From IMG/VR virus record IMGVR_UViG_3300011008_000028: 64,000 nucleotides of DNA, one strand, 5' to 3'. This document shows positions 18,609-29,453 of this stretch, in pieces. Positions within the stretch are counted from its first letter, which is position 1. Every line of letters starts with the position of its first letter. The notes beneath the pieces are model-generated. The model did not search any database. It was given only the letters and a program-made list of their open reading frames with translations, and was not told where the DNA came from. The stretch is from a virus (taxonomy: Duplodnaviria; Caudoviricetes). The position numbers and the translations under genes are program-made.

Positions 18609-21600
18609 TTATAGTATTTCAGATGAGAATAACTGCAGATTGTCCTTGAATATCTTGACTATATCATCTGTGAGGTGCTTCTTCTTGAATGGAAGATTCT
18701 CTATGATGTAATCCCATATGTCATCAACATCATCAATCATATTAGGATTCTGACGAAGATATTTAGACAGTGTCTTGTGCAGTTTCTTCAAGTAGTACAT
18801 CTGCATTGTTGTACAGATGATGATACCTTTCCCGACAGGATATTCTATCGAATCGGACAGGTGTTCTGGTTCGCCAATGAATTCATCTTCATTGTCTATT
18901 GTTTCCATTTTGACCCCGAGACTCTTTAGCCTGGTCTGCAATATTTGGGCGGTTCTAGATGTGAAGTAATTCGGGATATTATACGTATTATCTTCATCAT
19001 CTATAATTGCCTCATACATAAATCTTCTTCCATCGATAGAAGATCTGTATAATACAGTTGCTAAAGCGAAGTCTTCAGGCCGTACGATTATTTGGAAATT
19101 TGGTGTTTCATCGTATTGTCCCCAAATCTTTCATATGAGGGTGGACTATATCTTCATACTATACTCTGATACCGAGTATACTATGCTCCCCACTTCCAAC
19201 TTCGTTCTAGGGCATTCCACTCCCTAGATGATCCTGAATAAGGACTGTACTCTACTGACACTGTGTATGGTATTTCACCAATACTAGTGTTGGTCGATAG
19301 TCTCTGAACGTTACAGTCATAGACTGTCTTCGCTGCGGATTAGCCAATCCAGGGCGTTGTTACGATCCGTACGGCGTTATCCGTACTGCTGCCAGGCATG
19401 TCACCATACCTGCGCCGTGTCCCTGGCTCTTTTCCACTCACCGAATCGTCATTGTCTTCGGGCCGTTCACCAGACGGCCCGACACATTTCTGTGTTCACT
19501 ACGTCTCCGTAGTAGATGAGACTATATCATTACCTGTTACCAGGTACACACCATTTCCCATTATGGGGCGGCATTCCGTTACCGCCCCGCCTCCAGTGGT
19601 GATTGAGGGGTACTCTACTGGCTACATTGGTACCGTATATACGAATACCGTAGTGGTTCGATAGTCGTTGAAGCTTCTACTTATTTTCCTTTTTGAATTT
19701 CTGTCGTAATCTAGATATATACTTTCTTGTACCTCGGGTATCTTCCATCCCCAGTTTATTGATGATATCGGTAGAGTCCATGATACCTTCTGCAAAGAGT
19801 TGATGAATCTGGTAACTTCTCTTTTCCGTTATTGATTCATCTCTTTCAAGACCAGGAATATTATACTGGTTGGATATGTAACGGTGAGCTTTTCCGGCAC
19901 GGATTGCATACACTATCCCAGCAGAAATACCCACCTCTGTAGCAATGATACCAGGTGCCATTCCCTGTTCCAGCAGTTTGCATGCTTCATGTATCTTCGC
20001 CGATTCTGTTGCCTTCTGCACTTCAGGGAGATCAAGACCATGGGTTACTGACTTCCATTCTCCTCTATATAGAATACCGATTACGAATGATTCCGTTACA
20101 CCCAATTGGGCTACGATGTCTTTGATCTTCATACCTTCCTTCGCCAGTTTGACAACATTGATTACATCTTCCTCAGTATGTTTGGTTGAAGTACCACGGA
20201 TACCAATATTCCCGATTCCATTGATGGCCATTTCCTCTCTGGTGGTCCATTCCAGATTCTTGTACCAGTTAAGCCATCTTTGACCATTCTTATGGAATAC
20301 TTCGGGTTTGTCATCGGGGTTGGGAACGAACAGCTGAGCAACCATCCGGTGTACAGGTATCTGATGGTATTGACCATCGATCTTGATATTCGCTGTCAAG
20401 ATACCGGCTCTGTTCTCCCGGATATCAACTTTGCTATTCTGCTTCCAGTTATGTACCTGGCCGATGTTGGAAACTTCATAGTTGGTTTCTTTACCTTCCC
20501 ATGAATATCTTTTCCATTCCGGTTTAGCAAAGTCCTTCATATATGCATTCACGAATCGTCTTTCAGCAATGTCAAGTACATCATACGGTTTCCCGTATAA
20601 CCTTTCTGATGTCTGATTCTGTATCTTTTCATAGAACTTTTGAACGCCCATTCATATCACTTCCTTTCTTCTTTTATTATATATCCAGAAATTCATAAGT
20701 AGCTTGCCTGCGGATTGTCCCTAATTAACCCGTTTTTACCATCCGTAAACCATTACGTTTACTACTGCACAGAATATCACTATTTGCCGTGGTAGGATTA
20801 ATACTTTCAGGGTATCCCCGCAATTAGATGTGTTTATAGCCGACAGATTCTTCATCGGCTTCGTTGACCACGGTGCCCTCCCGCTCTTGCTATCCCCTGA
20901 TTTCTCAGGCAGAGATTCGTCAGAGATTGCACCGGATGATCGAACAGAGAATCCTTTCTCGCCAGATTGTTTGAGCATCATGAAGTACTGATATCCAACA
21001 TAGTGCTCACCAAGTGGGACATCCCTTCCCCACTTCTTCTTAGGAAAGAATACATGATATGGGCTAAATATTTCCCCATACTTTTCATATACTTTAATGA
21101 TTGAATCACGTAATAGCCAGTCGTTATTGAATGGCTCCCAACGAATGTAGATGCCGTTATCAGTACGCAGAGTTCCATCACGGTTGATGGATATGCAGTC
21201 TTCAATGAACTTCTTCTTCTTGTAATCAGACAGACCAGCATACAGTTCTTCCAGTTCGGCTCCCTGCTTCGGATTCAGTATGGATATGACATCAAATATG
21301 AATTCCTTCTGCTCTTCCACAGTAGGAAGTGTTGCGGCATGTTTCCTGGTACGGTCCGCAATGAACGTAACGGAGCCTTCATCCATTACCATTGGAATCG
21401 TTCTGTTAATGATCGCCAATGGGTTGGTGATAGCATCAACACGTTCAACATTGCCTACAGGGTGTTCAACACCATTCTCATCAATGACAACCTTATCAGC
21501 CAAGTATGGCATGTCTTCGTCTTTCCAAATCTGGGAGACGACAGTTTTGTTCCCGGCCCTTCCTGTGATCTTGCGGCCCACATTAATAGGCATCTTCTGA

Positions 21601-22703
21601 CGTATCAGAATTTCCACCATGATGTTGGAAAAGACGGAATCATTCCATGCCCATACGGCCTGGGTATCAAGATAGTTCATTGCCGTTCTCATCCACCTAT
21701 GGATCTCCTTATCTACCTTGGCAGGATCAGATGCCTGTTTCATGATAGACTGACATGTCTTGTAGACCTTGGTATAGAACCATCTGGCATCATTGTAGTA
21801 CCGCATTACCTGGGCATTGACTTTGTTGACCTTCAGGTTAGGATTGTTACAGTATACATTGATATCGATGACCTCTCCCTCGCCATACAGAATATGATCT
21901 GACTGCATGTTGATATTACGTAATGAGATATCGCGCATATCGGAGAACATCCTATTCTCAGATACAGTACGTGTTGCGGCAATGATACCGTTAGTAACAA
22001 CATCGCCAATGTCTGGCAATCCCTGATACTTACCATCTGAACCATACAAATTCAGGAGTACAGAATTCTCTGACAGGGATATTGTTTTGGCAATGACATT
22101 GTTACATACCATCCTCTTGGCGAAAGACTCCGAGACAACGATTGCATCATCCTGTACCGCCGGATGTACGGCAAATAAAACTCTTCCATTCAGACCGATC
22201 CCGACATTCCCATACTTGTCATACGACGTGGATGATGTGAGCATTGTGCCCGGTGGAATGACTTCACCAATTTCCAGAGCATCGATGGTCTCATTGTTAT
22301 AGTCGAAGCCAAAATTCTCCGGAAGATTCTCCGTCTGCTTCCGTTCGACAACGATATACGAATCATCTTCTCTGCAATGTAAGAAGTACAGGGCAAAATA
22401 TGATTTCCCCTTGAGGAGTTCATTGTACTTCTTGCAGATATCGATGACTTCATATTCTTTGTCCGTCTTGGTGTAGAATGACGAGAACTCGCCCGAAATG
22501 TTCTCCTTTCCATCATACAGGAAAGGGAACTCGGGATCATCGATAGCCAAATGCTGGGAGTGATGTTTAATGTTCATGGTTTGGCGCATTATGTTATTTG
22601 CTCCGGCGAAATCGCCTTGCCCAATTAATGATAACCTCTTTTTCCCAACAAGCTCATCATTCTTCTGCTTCAACTCTTGGATGAGGTTATATTTCTCCCT
22701 CAT
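18609..22703 (-). CDS. Phage multisubunit RNA polymerase beta subunit, C-terminal part; spliced from exons 22703-20854, 19449-19436 and 19111-18609
   Basis: Beta motifs QDDAIVVSE, GRKITGRAGNKTVVS, DMPY and NPLAIINR. Joining the three exons restores an in-frame KPI-RFGE-YETPNF (cf. bacterial RFGEME) and continues to LKSLGVKME. Confidence 0.88.
19112..19435 (-). mobile_element. Group I intron 2 (no ORF; apparently lacking 5' P1-P3 elements)
   Basis: Q AATCCGCAGC, R TTCAGAGACTA, S AAGATATAGTCC, and a terminal G before exon 3. An in-frame TGA means it cannot be read through. Confidence 0.8.
19450..20853 (-). mobile_element. Group I intron 1 (IA-like) carrying an HNH ORF
   Basis: P1 AGCCGAU/GUCGGCU with a U.G pair at the 5' splice site. 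P element AATTGCGGGGA, Q AATCCGCAG, R TTCAACGACTA, S ATGATATAGTC. P3 ACACATC/GGTGTGT, P10 with exon 2, terminal G. Confidence 0.9.
19677..20651 (-). CDS. Intron-encoded NUMOD4-HNH homing endonuclease-like protein with C-terminal HTH repeats
   Basis: YEVSNIGQV (NUMOD4) and HRMVAQLFVPNP...HKNG...N...NLEW. The ORF lies between the Q and R elements of intron 1. Confidence 0.85.
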   Translation of the reverse strand: MGVQKFYEKIQNQTSERLYGKPYDVLDIAERRFVNAYMKDFAKPEWKRYSWEGKETNYEVSNIGQVHNWKQNSKVDIRENRAGILTANIKIDGQYHQIPVHRMVAQLFVPNPDDKPEVFHKNGQRWLNWYKNLEWTTREEMAINGIGNIGIRGTSTKHTEEDVINVVKLAKEGMKIKDIVAQLGVTESFVIGILYRGEWKSVTHGLDLPEVQKATESAKIHEACKLLEQGMAPGIIATEVGISAGIVYAIRAGKAHRYISNQYNIPGLERDESITEKRSYQIHQLFAEGIMDSTDIINKLGMEDTRGTRKYISRLRQKFKKENK

Positions 22704-22872
22704 ATATACCATTCCTCCTTTTAATATATACAACTGGTTCAACTGTTTGATGACAGTTGAATTAATTGTTATACCCATAATATATAAATAAAAATGGTAT
22801 ATCCCATCCTCCAGATGGAGGATGGGATATACACTATATATTGTATTATTCGTTGAAAGGAGAATAATCCAA

Positions 22873-23952
22873 TTATGCGTTCTGAGCAAAACCGTCCCAG
22901 TTCTCCTGAACAGTTCTGCCAGGCTGACCAGCCAGCTTGCCATCGGTCATAGACTTCAGGCCAATTGTTCTGGTAATCGGATCGTTCGTAGTAGTAAATA
23001 CAGGAACGTTTCCGATATTTGTACCTGTAGCAGAATCCACCGGCACAGAACCAAGGGATCTTGCAAACAGCTGATCCGAACCCTGACCATATACAGCATC
23101 GCCAAGCTCGGGGTTGAAGTTCAAGCTGTTAGAAACGATACGGTACTGCTTGAGCAGATCGTTCGCTATAGCATTGATAATCGCACTCTGATATACAACG
23201 CAGTTGAACTGGATATCATATGTTACGTTATCATGCTGGCCACCGGCATCCATATTGAGGGCATTGCCGGAGTTGATGTTAGTGGGATAACAGTCGGAGA
23301 GAAGAAGAGCACGCTCTACCTGAGCACCGGATCTGTCATGAAGTATATATATGAATTCACATGTATGCATTGCTTCATTGAACGCGATACCGTTGTCAGA
23401 CTCGCCGCTTCTTGCGAAGAGACGCTTCTCTATACCCTGCTGGTCCTTACCACCACCGATCCAACCACCGTAGTGAGCAAGACCGGAGTTCGGGTCACCT
23501 ATTGCACGCATCCAGTCGGAAACGACTGTATGAACGAGCGAACCATTCATTTCGAATACGGAGATCGTGATCGATTCTGTGGTATCCTTCATAATGGTAG
23601 GTGTATTGAACTGACGACCAGCGAAACCACCCTGAATCGGAGTAGCAGCATTCTGGAGCTGAGTATCCCCGAAGCCTGTAACCGAACGGTTCATATATTC
23701 AAGCATGTGCTTGAACTGGGTGAAGAGAGACTGGCTGTTATACAGGTCATCGCCGCCTGCGAACATCTTTGCGATTACGTGAGGGACTCTGACCATGAAC
23801 AGACGACCGAACTGGTTCATCTGAGGACTATAGTTCATTAACGCATGATGAGTCGCGTTAACACCACCGACAAACTGGGAATACTTGGTAAAGTCAGGAG
23901 CATACACCTGACGAGCACCAGTTTGAGATGTAATTACACTAGCAAGTGCCAT
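22873..23952 (-). CDS. Putative tail tube protein
   Basis: Directly downstream of the sheath; beta-rich, with ITISVFE...W and YPTNI...YDIQF patterns typical of tube proteins. Confidence 0.65.
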   Translation of the reverse strand: MALASVITSQTGARQVYAPDFTKYSQFVGGVNATHHALMNYSPQMNQFGRLFMVRVPHVIAKMFAGGDDLYNSQSLFTQFKHMLEYMNRSVTGFGDTQLQNAATPIQGGFAGRQFNTPTIMKDTTESITISVFEMNGSLVHTVVSDWMRAIGDPNSGLAHYGGWIGGGKDQQGIEKRLFARSGESDNGIAFNEAMHTCEFIYILHDRSGAQVERALLLSDCYPTNINSGNALNMDAGGQHDNVTYDIQFNCVVYQSAIINAIANDLLKQYRIVSNSLNFNPELGDAVYGQGSDQLFARSLGSVPVDSATGTNIGNVPVFTTTNDPITRTIGLKSMTDGKLAGQPGRTVQENWDGFAQNA

Positions 23953-23966
23953 TCTGATTCACCTCC

Positions 23967-26453
23967 TTAATTATACTTCGGCTTGTTAATGTTAATCTCG
24001 AGGATTACGCGCTTAACAATGCCTCTGAATGCAACATCGCAGTAGCAGTGCATGATGTTGCGTGTCTGTTCCCATTCGTCCGCTTCGAAACGGATATCGA
24101 TGTCCTGAACAAGAGTTCCGATCCAAGGACGGTAGATTGCCATCTGTGCATCGGTGTAGCCCTTACGAGCCTCCGGTTCATTCCATTCATACAGATATCC
24201 TGTGCATGCCTTGTCAAGACCCTTCTTAAGAGCGTTGAGGACACGTACATTGGATTCTTCAAGCAGATCAGAAGCCATCGATACGCCTGCCTTGAGAGAA
24301 GCAAGGTCAAGCTGACGGGTGTTCTGGCAGCTACGCTGAACAATACGACCTTCATTTCTGATGAGGTAGTAGTTGATTCTGTAAACGTAGAGCTCTTCCT
24401 TAACATCCCAGTCGATCAGATCTATGTTCGGTCTGAATGTATCGCGGATCATCTGGTTTGCAGCCTGCATAGGCTTATTGCGGTTAATAGCCTCAAGCTG
24501 AGCATAGAGGTTAACCCAAGGCTTATTCATGCCGTATCTTACGAGATGAGGAATCAGATGTTCTGCCATGAAGTATGTAGCAGTTACAGTGATTCTCTTA
24601 CCGGTGTAAGGATCAAAGATCTGGTAGTAACCAAGATCGATGGAGCATGCACGGCCGATGAATTCTTCAAACATCTTGATGATGTTTGCGATATCAGCAG
24701 AAGCATTTACAGCGCTGAAGCCAACAAGGCCGCAGTCGAACTGTGCAGACATACCTGCACCGTAGTCTTCCTCTCTGTTAGCAATGGTCATACCATTCTT
24801 GCAGCGGAATTCAGTAAGTTCGAAAATAGCCTTCTTAACGTTCAGATCTGTGAACTCAAGTGCATCGCCTGTTCTTGCTGTGATTGTAAGTGCATCATAG
24901 TCATCATCTGTAAGTACAGTAGAGTTGCTGTACATTGCCTGGATGGAATCGTCCCATTCGAGATCAGTGCTCGATGTCAAGTTGTAGTTGGCGTCGAAGA
25001 TGAAGTCGAAGTCCATCTGTGCCGGAGAAAGAACCTTACGATCCTTTTCACCATGGAATGCTTTAACGTACTCACGAGAGAGAAGAAGTTTAAGCTCTGC
25101 TTCAGAAGGAGCTCTTGTAACGCCGTTAACAGTGATCTCCTGGAAGTCACCGTCATGACCGCCGTACATTCTCTGACCGCCAGAAGCGGTAATATCGATA
25201 CCGTCGTACTGATCATCGTCAACGAATGCTTCTTCGCCAGCATCATATGTGATGTTACCATTGTTGCTGTTGATCTCTACTACCTTGTATCTCCATCTGA
25301 AGCCACCCTGGTTCTCATCTGCCTCAACAAGTACAGAAGCACCAACAGCTGCTTCGTTCCAGTTTGCGATGTTCGTAGGAATACGAGCCGCAGTTCTTAC
25401 TGTAAGATCAGGAGCCACATAAGGGCCGGATGCCTTCTCGGTGTAGTTCTGATAGTACGGAATGATCTCATTCTTACGTGTGAAGATCTTGTAACCGAAC
25501 AGAGGATCGAATGTCTCTCTGGTCAAACCAGAAGCATACGTGAAGTCGGACTTCTGGTCATCTGTAGGTTCGATCATCGTGAGATACTCACCGTTCTCTT
25601 CTACGATATCCTTGTAGAAGTTATACAGTGTCTCGAACGAATCTTCGAACGGATAGATATAGATCGGGCAAGAGCCGGTAGGATACTGATCCAGAACATC
25701 AGATATGAGCATGCTGAGGTAATTACGTGTTGTCTGATACAGCGAACCAGAGAAGATGTTGGTCATTCTCGGACCTGCTGCATAGTTAACAACGAGACCC
25801 CACTTGTACATCTTGAGGCTGTATTCCTTCTCAGCTTCAGGATCACGTCTTACTGCGATACCATATCTATTGCCGTACTTACCACGACCTATAGATCTGA
25901 TGTATGCAATCGGGACTGTCATGTAGCCAGTCTGTGCATCCGGAACAAGAGACTCATAACCCTTCGCAACTTCATAGATAGCTTCATCATTAGTTGCACC
26001 ATCGGTAAGGGTAGGCTTTGCAGCATATGCGATGCTGAACTTGATTTCCATTCTGGAGAGACCAGTTTCCTGATCAAGTGAATCTCTCTCATTGCCCTTG
26101 CGGAAATGAGCGAGAAGTATGATGTTCGCATATGTAGCATTGTCCGGAAGGACTCTGCAAAACCAAACGTTGGTAGAACCATTGAACAGGAGATCTGCCT
26201 GAAGAGAGGATTGACCATACTTCTGGAAGTTGCCCTGACCAAAGAGAGCTATCTTAGTCTGGAGATCGCTAATGCGAACGAAACAGTTATCGATACCCTG
26301 GTCGGCACCTGTAACTACACACACCGCATAGGGTTTGTCAGTAGGATCAACCGGGGTAGCTGTTGCCTCATCGTACCACGTGTTATCAAAAATAACCGTG
26401 TGCACGTGAGGGTGCGCGTAATAGGGAATTATGCGTACGCTAGTTTCATCCAT
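23967..26453 (-). CDS. Contractile tail sheath protein
   Basis: 828 aa, with N-terminal LFG...KYGQ...FCRV and C-terminal ESNVRVLN...YEWN...DVAFRGIVKRVILEINI sheath signatures. Confidence 0.85.
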   Translation of the reverse strand: MDETSVRIIPYYAHPHVHTVIFDNTWYDEATATPVDPTDKPYAVCVVTGADQGIDNCFVRISDLQTKIALFGQGNFQKYGQSSLQADLLFNGSTNVWFCRVLPDNATYANIILLAHFRKGNERDSLDQETGLSRMEIKFSIAYAAKPTLTDGATNDEAIYEVAKGYESLVPDAQTGYMTVPIAYIRSIGRGKYGNRYGIAVRRDPEAEKEYSLKMYKWGLVVNYAAGPRMTNIFSGSLYQTTRNYLSMLISDVLDQYPTGSCPIYIYPFEDSFETLYNFYKDIVEENGEYLTMIEPTDDQKSDFTYASGLTRETFDPLFGYKIFTRKNEIIPYYQNYTEKASGPYVAPDLTVRTAARIPTNIANWNEAAVGASVLVEADENQGGFRWRYKVVEINSNNGNITYDAGEEAFVDDDQYDGIDITASGGQRMYGGHDGDFQEITVNGVTRAPSEAELKLLLSREYVKAFHGEKDRKVLSPAQMDFDFIFDANYNLTSSTDLEWDDSIQAMYSNSTVLTDDDYDALTITARTGDALEFTDLNVKKAIFELTEFRCKNGMTIANREEDYGAGMSAQFDCGLVGFSAVNASADIANIIKMFEEFIGRACSIDLGYYQIFDPYTGKRITVTATYFMAEHLIPHLVRYGMNKPWVNLYAQLEAINRNKPMQAANQMIRDTFRPNIDLIDWDVKEELYVYRINYYLIRNEGRIVQRSCQNTRQLDLASLKAGVSMASDLLEESNVRVLNALKKGLDKACTGYLYEWNEPEARKGYTDAQMAIYRPWIGTLVQDIDIRFEADEWEQTRNIMHCYCDVAFRGIVKRVILEININKPKYN

Positions 26454-26514
26454 GATAATTACTCCTTTCGAATAAAATTGTCAATATATGATTTTCATCA
26501 TGGGTCTTGGAGAC

Positions 26515-26527
26515 TTATTACAGTGTT
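26515..26527 (-). promoter_or_regulatory. Putative late promoter AAC-N7-TAA upstream of the tail sheath gene
   Basis: AACACTGTAATAA; the same spacing occurs at 9479-9491, 14574-14586, 33961-33973 and 46682-46694 (all minus strand). It resembles the AR9 late consensus AACA-N6-TA. Confidence 0.45.
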
Positions 26528-26550
26528 TTTAGACTCCGAGCCCAATGAGA

Positions 26551-27264
26551 TCAGTAATGGATAATCTTTTCCAGAGGACTTTCAGGCTCCTCAATATTCT
26601 TTTCAGAATTAAGAATTCCATTTGATATCATTGCACCGATATCTTCAAACACCATACCAGAGAATGTTGATAGTTGCTTAACAACTTCTCGAACATTTCC
26701 TGTTACATAATCGTACCCATTCGGATTGTCCTGCATGCCATACAGCTGCCCGTATCGTTTCTTGACATCATTCGGGTTTCTGTGCGTTGCAGCAACAATC
26801 ATCTCGTATATGGCAGAGGGAACCTTGTAAGATATTCCAGATATCTGGAGATTTTCCCACCATATGTCCATGATGTTAGCGTAGTTAATGGTATCAGGAA
26901 GTTTTCCTCCCATTACACTGGCGAGGAAGTCATTTGCAACTTCTCGTCCCTTAGGCAGTGACTGGTGCATGATGTGCGAATCGGGAAGATACTCAAGACA
27001 CAGTGTATCAACCATCCTGTCTTTGATCTTGATTATGTCATTCTTCGTGTTATATACATTGAATTCCATGGTGACAGGAACGTTGAATAGACATATCTCA
27101 TTTGGTGCATCTCCGTTGAATGTCCGGCAATATACCAAACCAAATGCTTCAACGGTAGCGCCATGATTAATAGCGCTACCGGAATCGAAGTAGTCTTTCG
27201 GAATATGAATTTCAAAGTATTCCTTGCAAAAAATTTTACCGTTCTCGGCATAGAGAACTCCCAT
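26551..27264 (-). CDS. Putative RNA polymerase beta' C-terminal fragment
   Basis: GISYKVPSAIYEMIV and STFSGMVFEDIGAMISNGI...ESPLEKII resemble beta' region H (HIEVIV; SFLSAASFEET...ENII). Split RNAP subunits are typical of jumbo phages. Confidence 0.55.
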   Translation of the reverse strand: MGVLYAENGKIFCKEYFEIHIPKDYFDSGSAINHGATVEAFGLVYCRTFNGDAPNEICLFNVPVTMEFNVYNTKNDIIKIKDRMVDTLCLEYLPDSHIMHQSLPKGREVANDFLASVMGGKLPDTINYANIMDIWWENLQISGISYKVPSAIYEMIVAATHRNPNDVKKRYGQLYGMQDNPNGYDYVTGNVREVVKQLSTFSGMVFEDIGAMISNGILNSEKNIEEPESPLEKIIHY

Positions 27265-27290
27265 AGTTAGGCATCTCCCTTCAAAGATGA

Positions 27291-29453
27291 TTACAGATAC
27301 GTCGTTCCATTTACCATGTCGAAGAAGTATGGACTGATCGAAACGGTGTTAGTCAATGGGTCTTCATTGTAATTCTGCGTTACGGGATCATCATAGAAGT
27401 TGAATGTTGTTTCCAGAGTCTGTAGCTGAGCTTCACGGGCAGCAATTGCCTCTTTCATGATTTCATCATATGTCGGGATATGCTCACCCTGAGGAGACAG
27501 TATCTTGTCCATCTCCTTATTGAATTCATTATCAAAACGATCATCCTGAGGATGATGTTTGAATGCTTCAATCGGATGATCTTCTTTGAAGATTCCAAAG
27601 AACGGTAGATTGTCTCCAACGTAGTATACATATAACGCATGAAGATATGACATCAGACAGTCATCATGCTGTCCTTGATCGGCAGCAATCTTCCCACTTG
27701 GATATCTGATGAGGGCACATATGTCGTTGACCAGATTCTCCGTTGTAAGAGATTCAATGTATTCTTCGATCTGCTGGAAGAGCAATTCGAACATCGCCTC
27801 ACGTACCTTGTGTGACAGGAACTGACCATACTTCTGTGTCTCTTTTGCCAGATCACGTAGTTCTCTATCTGAAGGATCAGATTCAGAAAGATCTTCAAGT
27901 TCATTCTTCGCCTGATTCCAATACAGATTATTTTTGATACGTGTCTCGGCAAGATTCTGAATCAGGTACTGGCCTACACTGTTTCTCTCGATGCATAGTA
28001 CGGCTCGAGGAATGTAGTCTTCGACTAATGCCTGCAACATTCGTGCTGCATTGGGTCCGGTTAAGTATGGTGATTTAAACTCGGCCGCAACCATCAGGTT
28101 CCATGGGTTGACAATGGTAACTGCAAAGTTATCTCCCTTGATAGAGTCACCGCCTGCAGGGTCAATACCAACCAGGTATGGGATTTCAGGATCGAGTTCG
28201 TTATTGAATCCATATGCTCTACGAGCACCATGCTCATATGTTTTGAATAACCACTTTCCACGGATGAGGATATCCGAAGTGGATTTACGCATGTTGCTGA
28301 TCAGGTAATCAATATCATCTGCAGCGATCGGGTTCGATTTGCTACCGTGGGTACGCTGTAACAGAATCTCACGACGTATCGTGTTCTTATCACCTGAGAG
28401 TTTGAACTGCTCAAGTACCCAGTTGTAGTTCCGACGTAACTGGAAGTATTGATATTCGATGTATATAACATCGATAACCTCACGGTCACTGTCTTTATGA
28501 GATGCATGATAGTCTTCGATGAATGCATCCTTGTACTGTTGGATTTCTTCCTCGGTCATATCATACATACGTTCCGTCCATGGTATCATGGACTGGATTA
28601 TTGGTAGAGCATCTCTACCTACCTTCGTATCAAGGTCTCCGGGCGTACATGAGAAAAGTCTGCAGAATGCAGTCCCAGCTGCTTTTGCGTTTTCGGATGC
28701 TGTCTTGAATAGCGGAGCCGAGTTTCCCAGGATCTCTGGGAAGAATAATGTATGTTCCGCTTCGTCGAAATACAGGATTTGGCCAGATCCACCACGTCCT
28801 AGACCCTGTGCAGCAGCAATAGAATTTGCCTTCGGGTGTGTGTTGATTTTATTTCTGCGAACATTATTCTCCAGAGTCTTTACATTCTGAATACTCTTTT
28901 TGATCTTTCCATCATCGGAAAGATAGTTTTTGAATTGAAGCCACTTAGGTAAGCATTCAATATCATTCTTCAGGTCAAGAAGGTTCTTCTGAGTGTTTTC
29001 GGTTTCCTTCCCGAAGAAGTGCATAGTACAGTCATGGGACAGCTGGAATGCCCATTGAATTGGTCCGGCCAACGTTCCCGTCGTCTTGTATGTCTGACGT
29101 GGTTCACACAGACAGTTGTCTTGATGTCGGGCAAAGCACCATGCGGATGCAGCAAGTCCCCTATGTAAACACATTGGAACTACACCCATACCTGTACGCA
29201 TGCGTACTGCAGTACGCATGAAGTACCACATGTTCTGGCTATACTCCATGAGCAGGGCTTCTACTTCCTGCTTGGTGATGTTGGGATTGAATGGGTCGAT
29301 ATCCGCTACTCGAGGATTCTTAATCTCGAGCATGAAGTAGTAATTCTTAATACCGCGATTCTTCAATTCCTGTGCCGTCATTAAGAATGACGAATTCTTA
29401 TCTGGAGTAAAATCGTAATACTTATTTCCGATTTTCTTGATAATACTTTTCAT
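27291..29453 (-). CDS. Terminase large subunit
   Basis: Walker A variant PRQTYKT, GRG motif, Walker B YFDE, nuclease GIDPAG, IERN and HDDCLM. Confidence 0.9.
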   Translation of the reverse strand: MKSIIKKIGNKYYDFTPDKNSSFLMTAQELKNRGIKNYYFMLEIKNPRVADIDPFNPNITKQEVEALLMEYSQNMWYFMRTAVRMRTGMGVVPMCLHRGLAASAWCFARHQDNCLCEPRQTYKTTGTLAGPIQWAFQLSHDCTMHFFGKETENTQKNLLDLKNDIECLPKWLQFKNYLSDDGKIKKSIQNVKTLENNVRRNKINTHPKANSIAAAQGLGRGGSGQILYFDEAEHTLFFPEILGNSAPLFKTASENAKAAGTAFCRLFSCTPGDLDTKVGRDALPIIQSMIPWTERMYDMTEEEIQQYKDAFIEDYHASHKDSDREVIDVIYIEYQYFQLRRNYNWVLEQFKLSGDKNTIRREILLQRTHGSKSNPIAADDIDYLISNMRKSTSDILIRGKWLFKTYEHGARRAYGFNNELDPEIPYLVGIDPAGGDSIKGDNFAVTIVNPWNLMVAAEFKSPYLTGPNAARMLQALVEDYIPRAVLCIERNSVGQYLIQNLAETRIKNNLYWNQAKNELEDLSESDPSDRELRDLAKETQKYGQFLSHKVREAMFELLFQQIEEYIESLTTENLVNDICALIRYPSGKIAADQGQHDDCLMSYLHALYVYYVGDNLPFFGIFKEDHPIEAFKHHPQDDRFDNEFNKEMDKILSPQGEHIPTYDEIMKEAIAAREAQLQTLETTFNFYDDPVTQNYNEDPLTNTVSISPYFFDMVNGTTYL

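Noticed and set aside
18609-19019. Independent 136-aa gene
   Set aside because: It is better explained as exon 3 of the RNAP beta gene, because the frame stays open upstream to the splice site at 19111.
24048-26081. 677-aa plus-strand ORF (also 22822..23841, 11453..12496 and 57270..58226)
   Set aside because: These are antisense shadows of the sheath, tube and other real genes.
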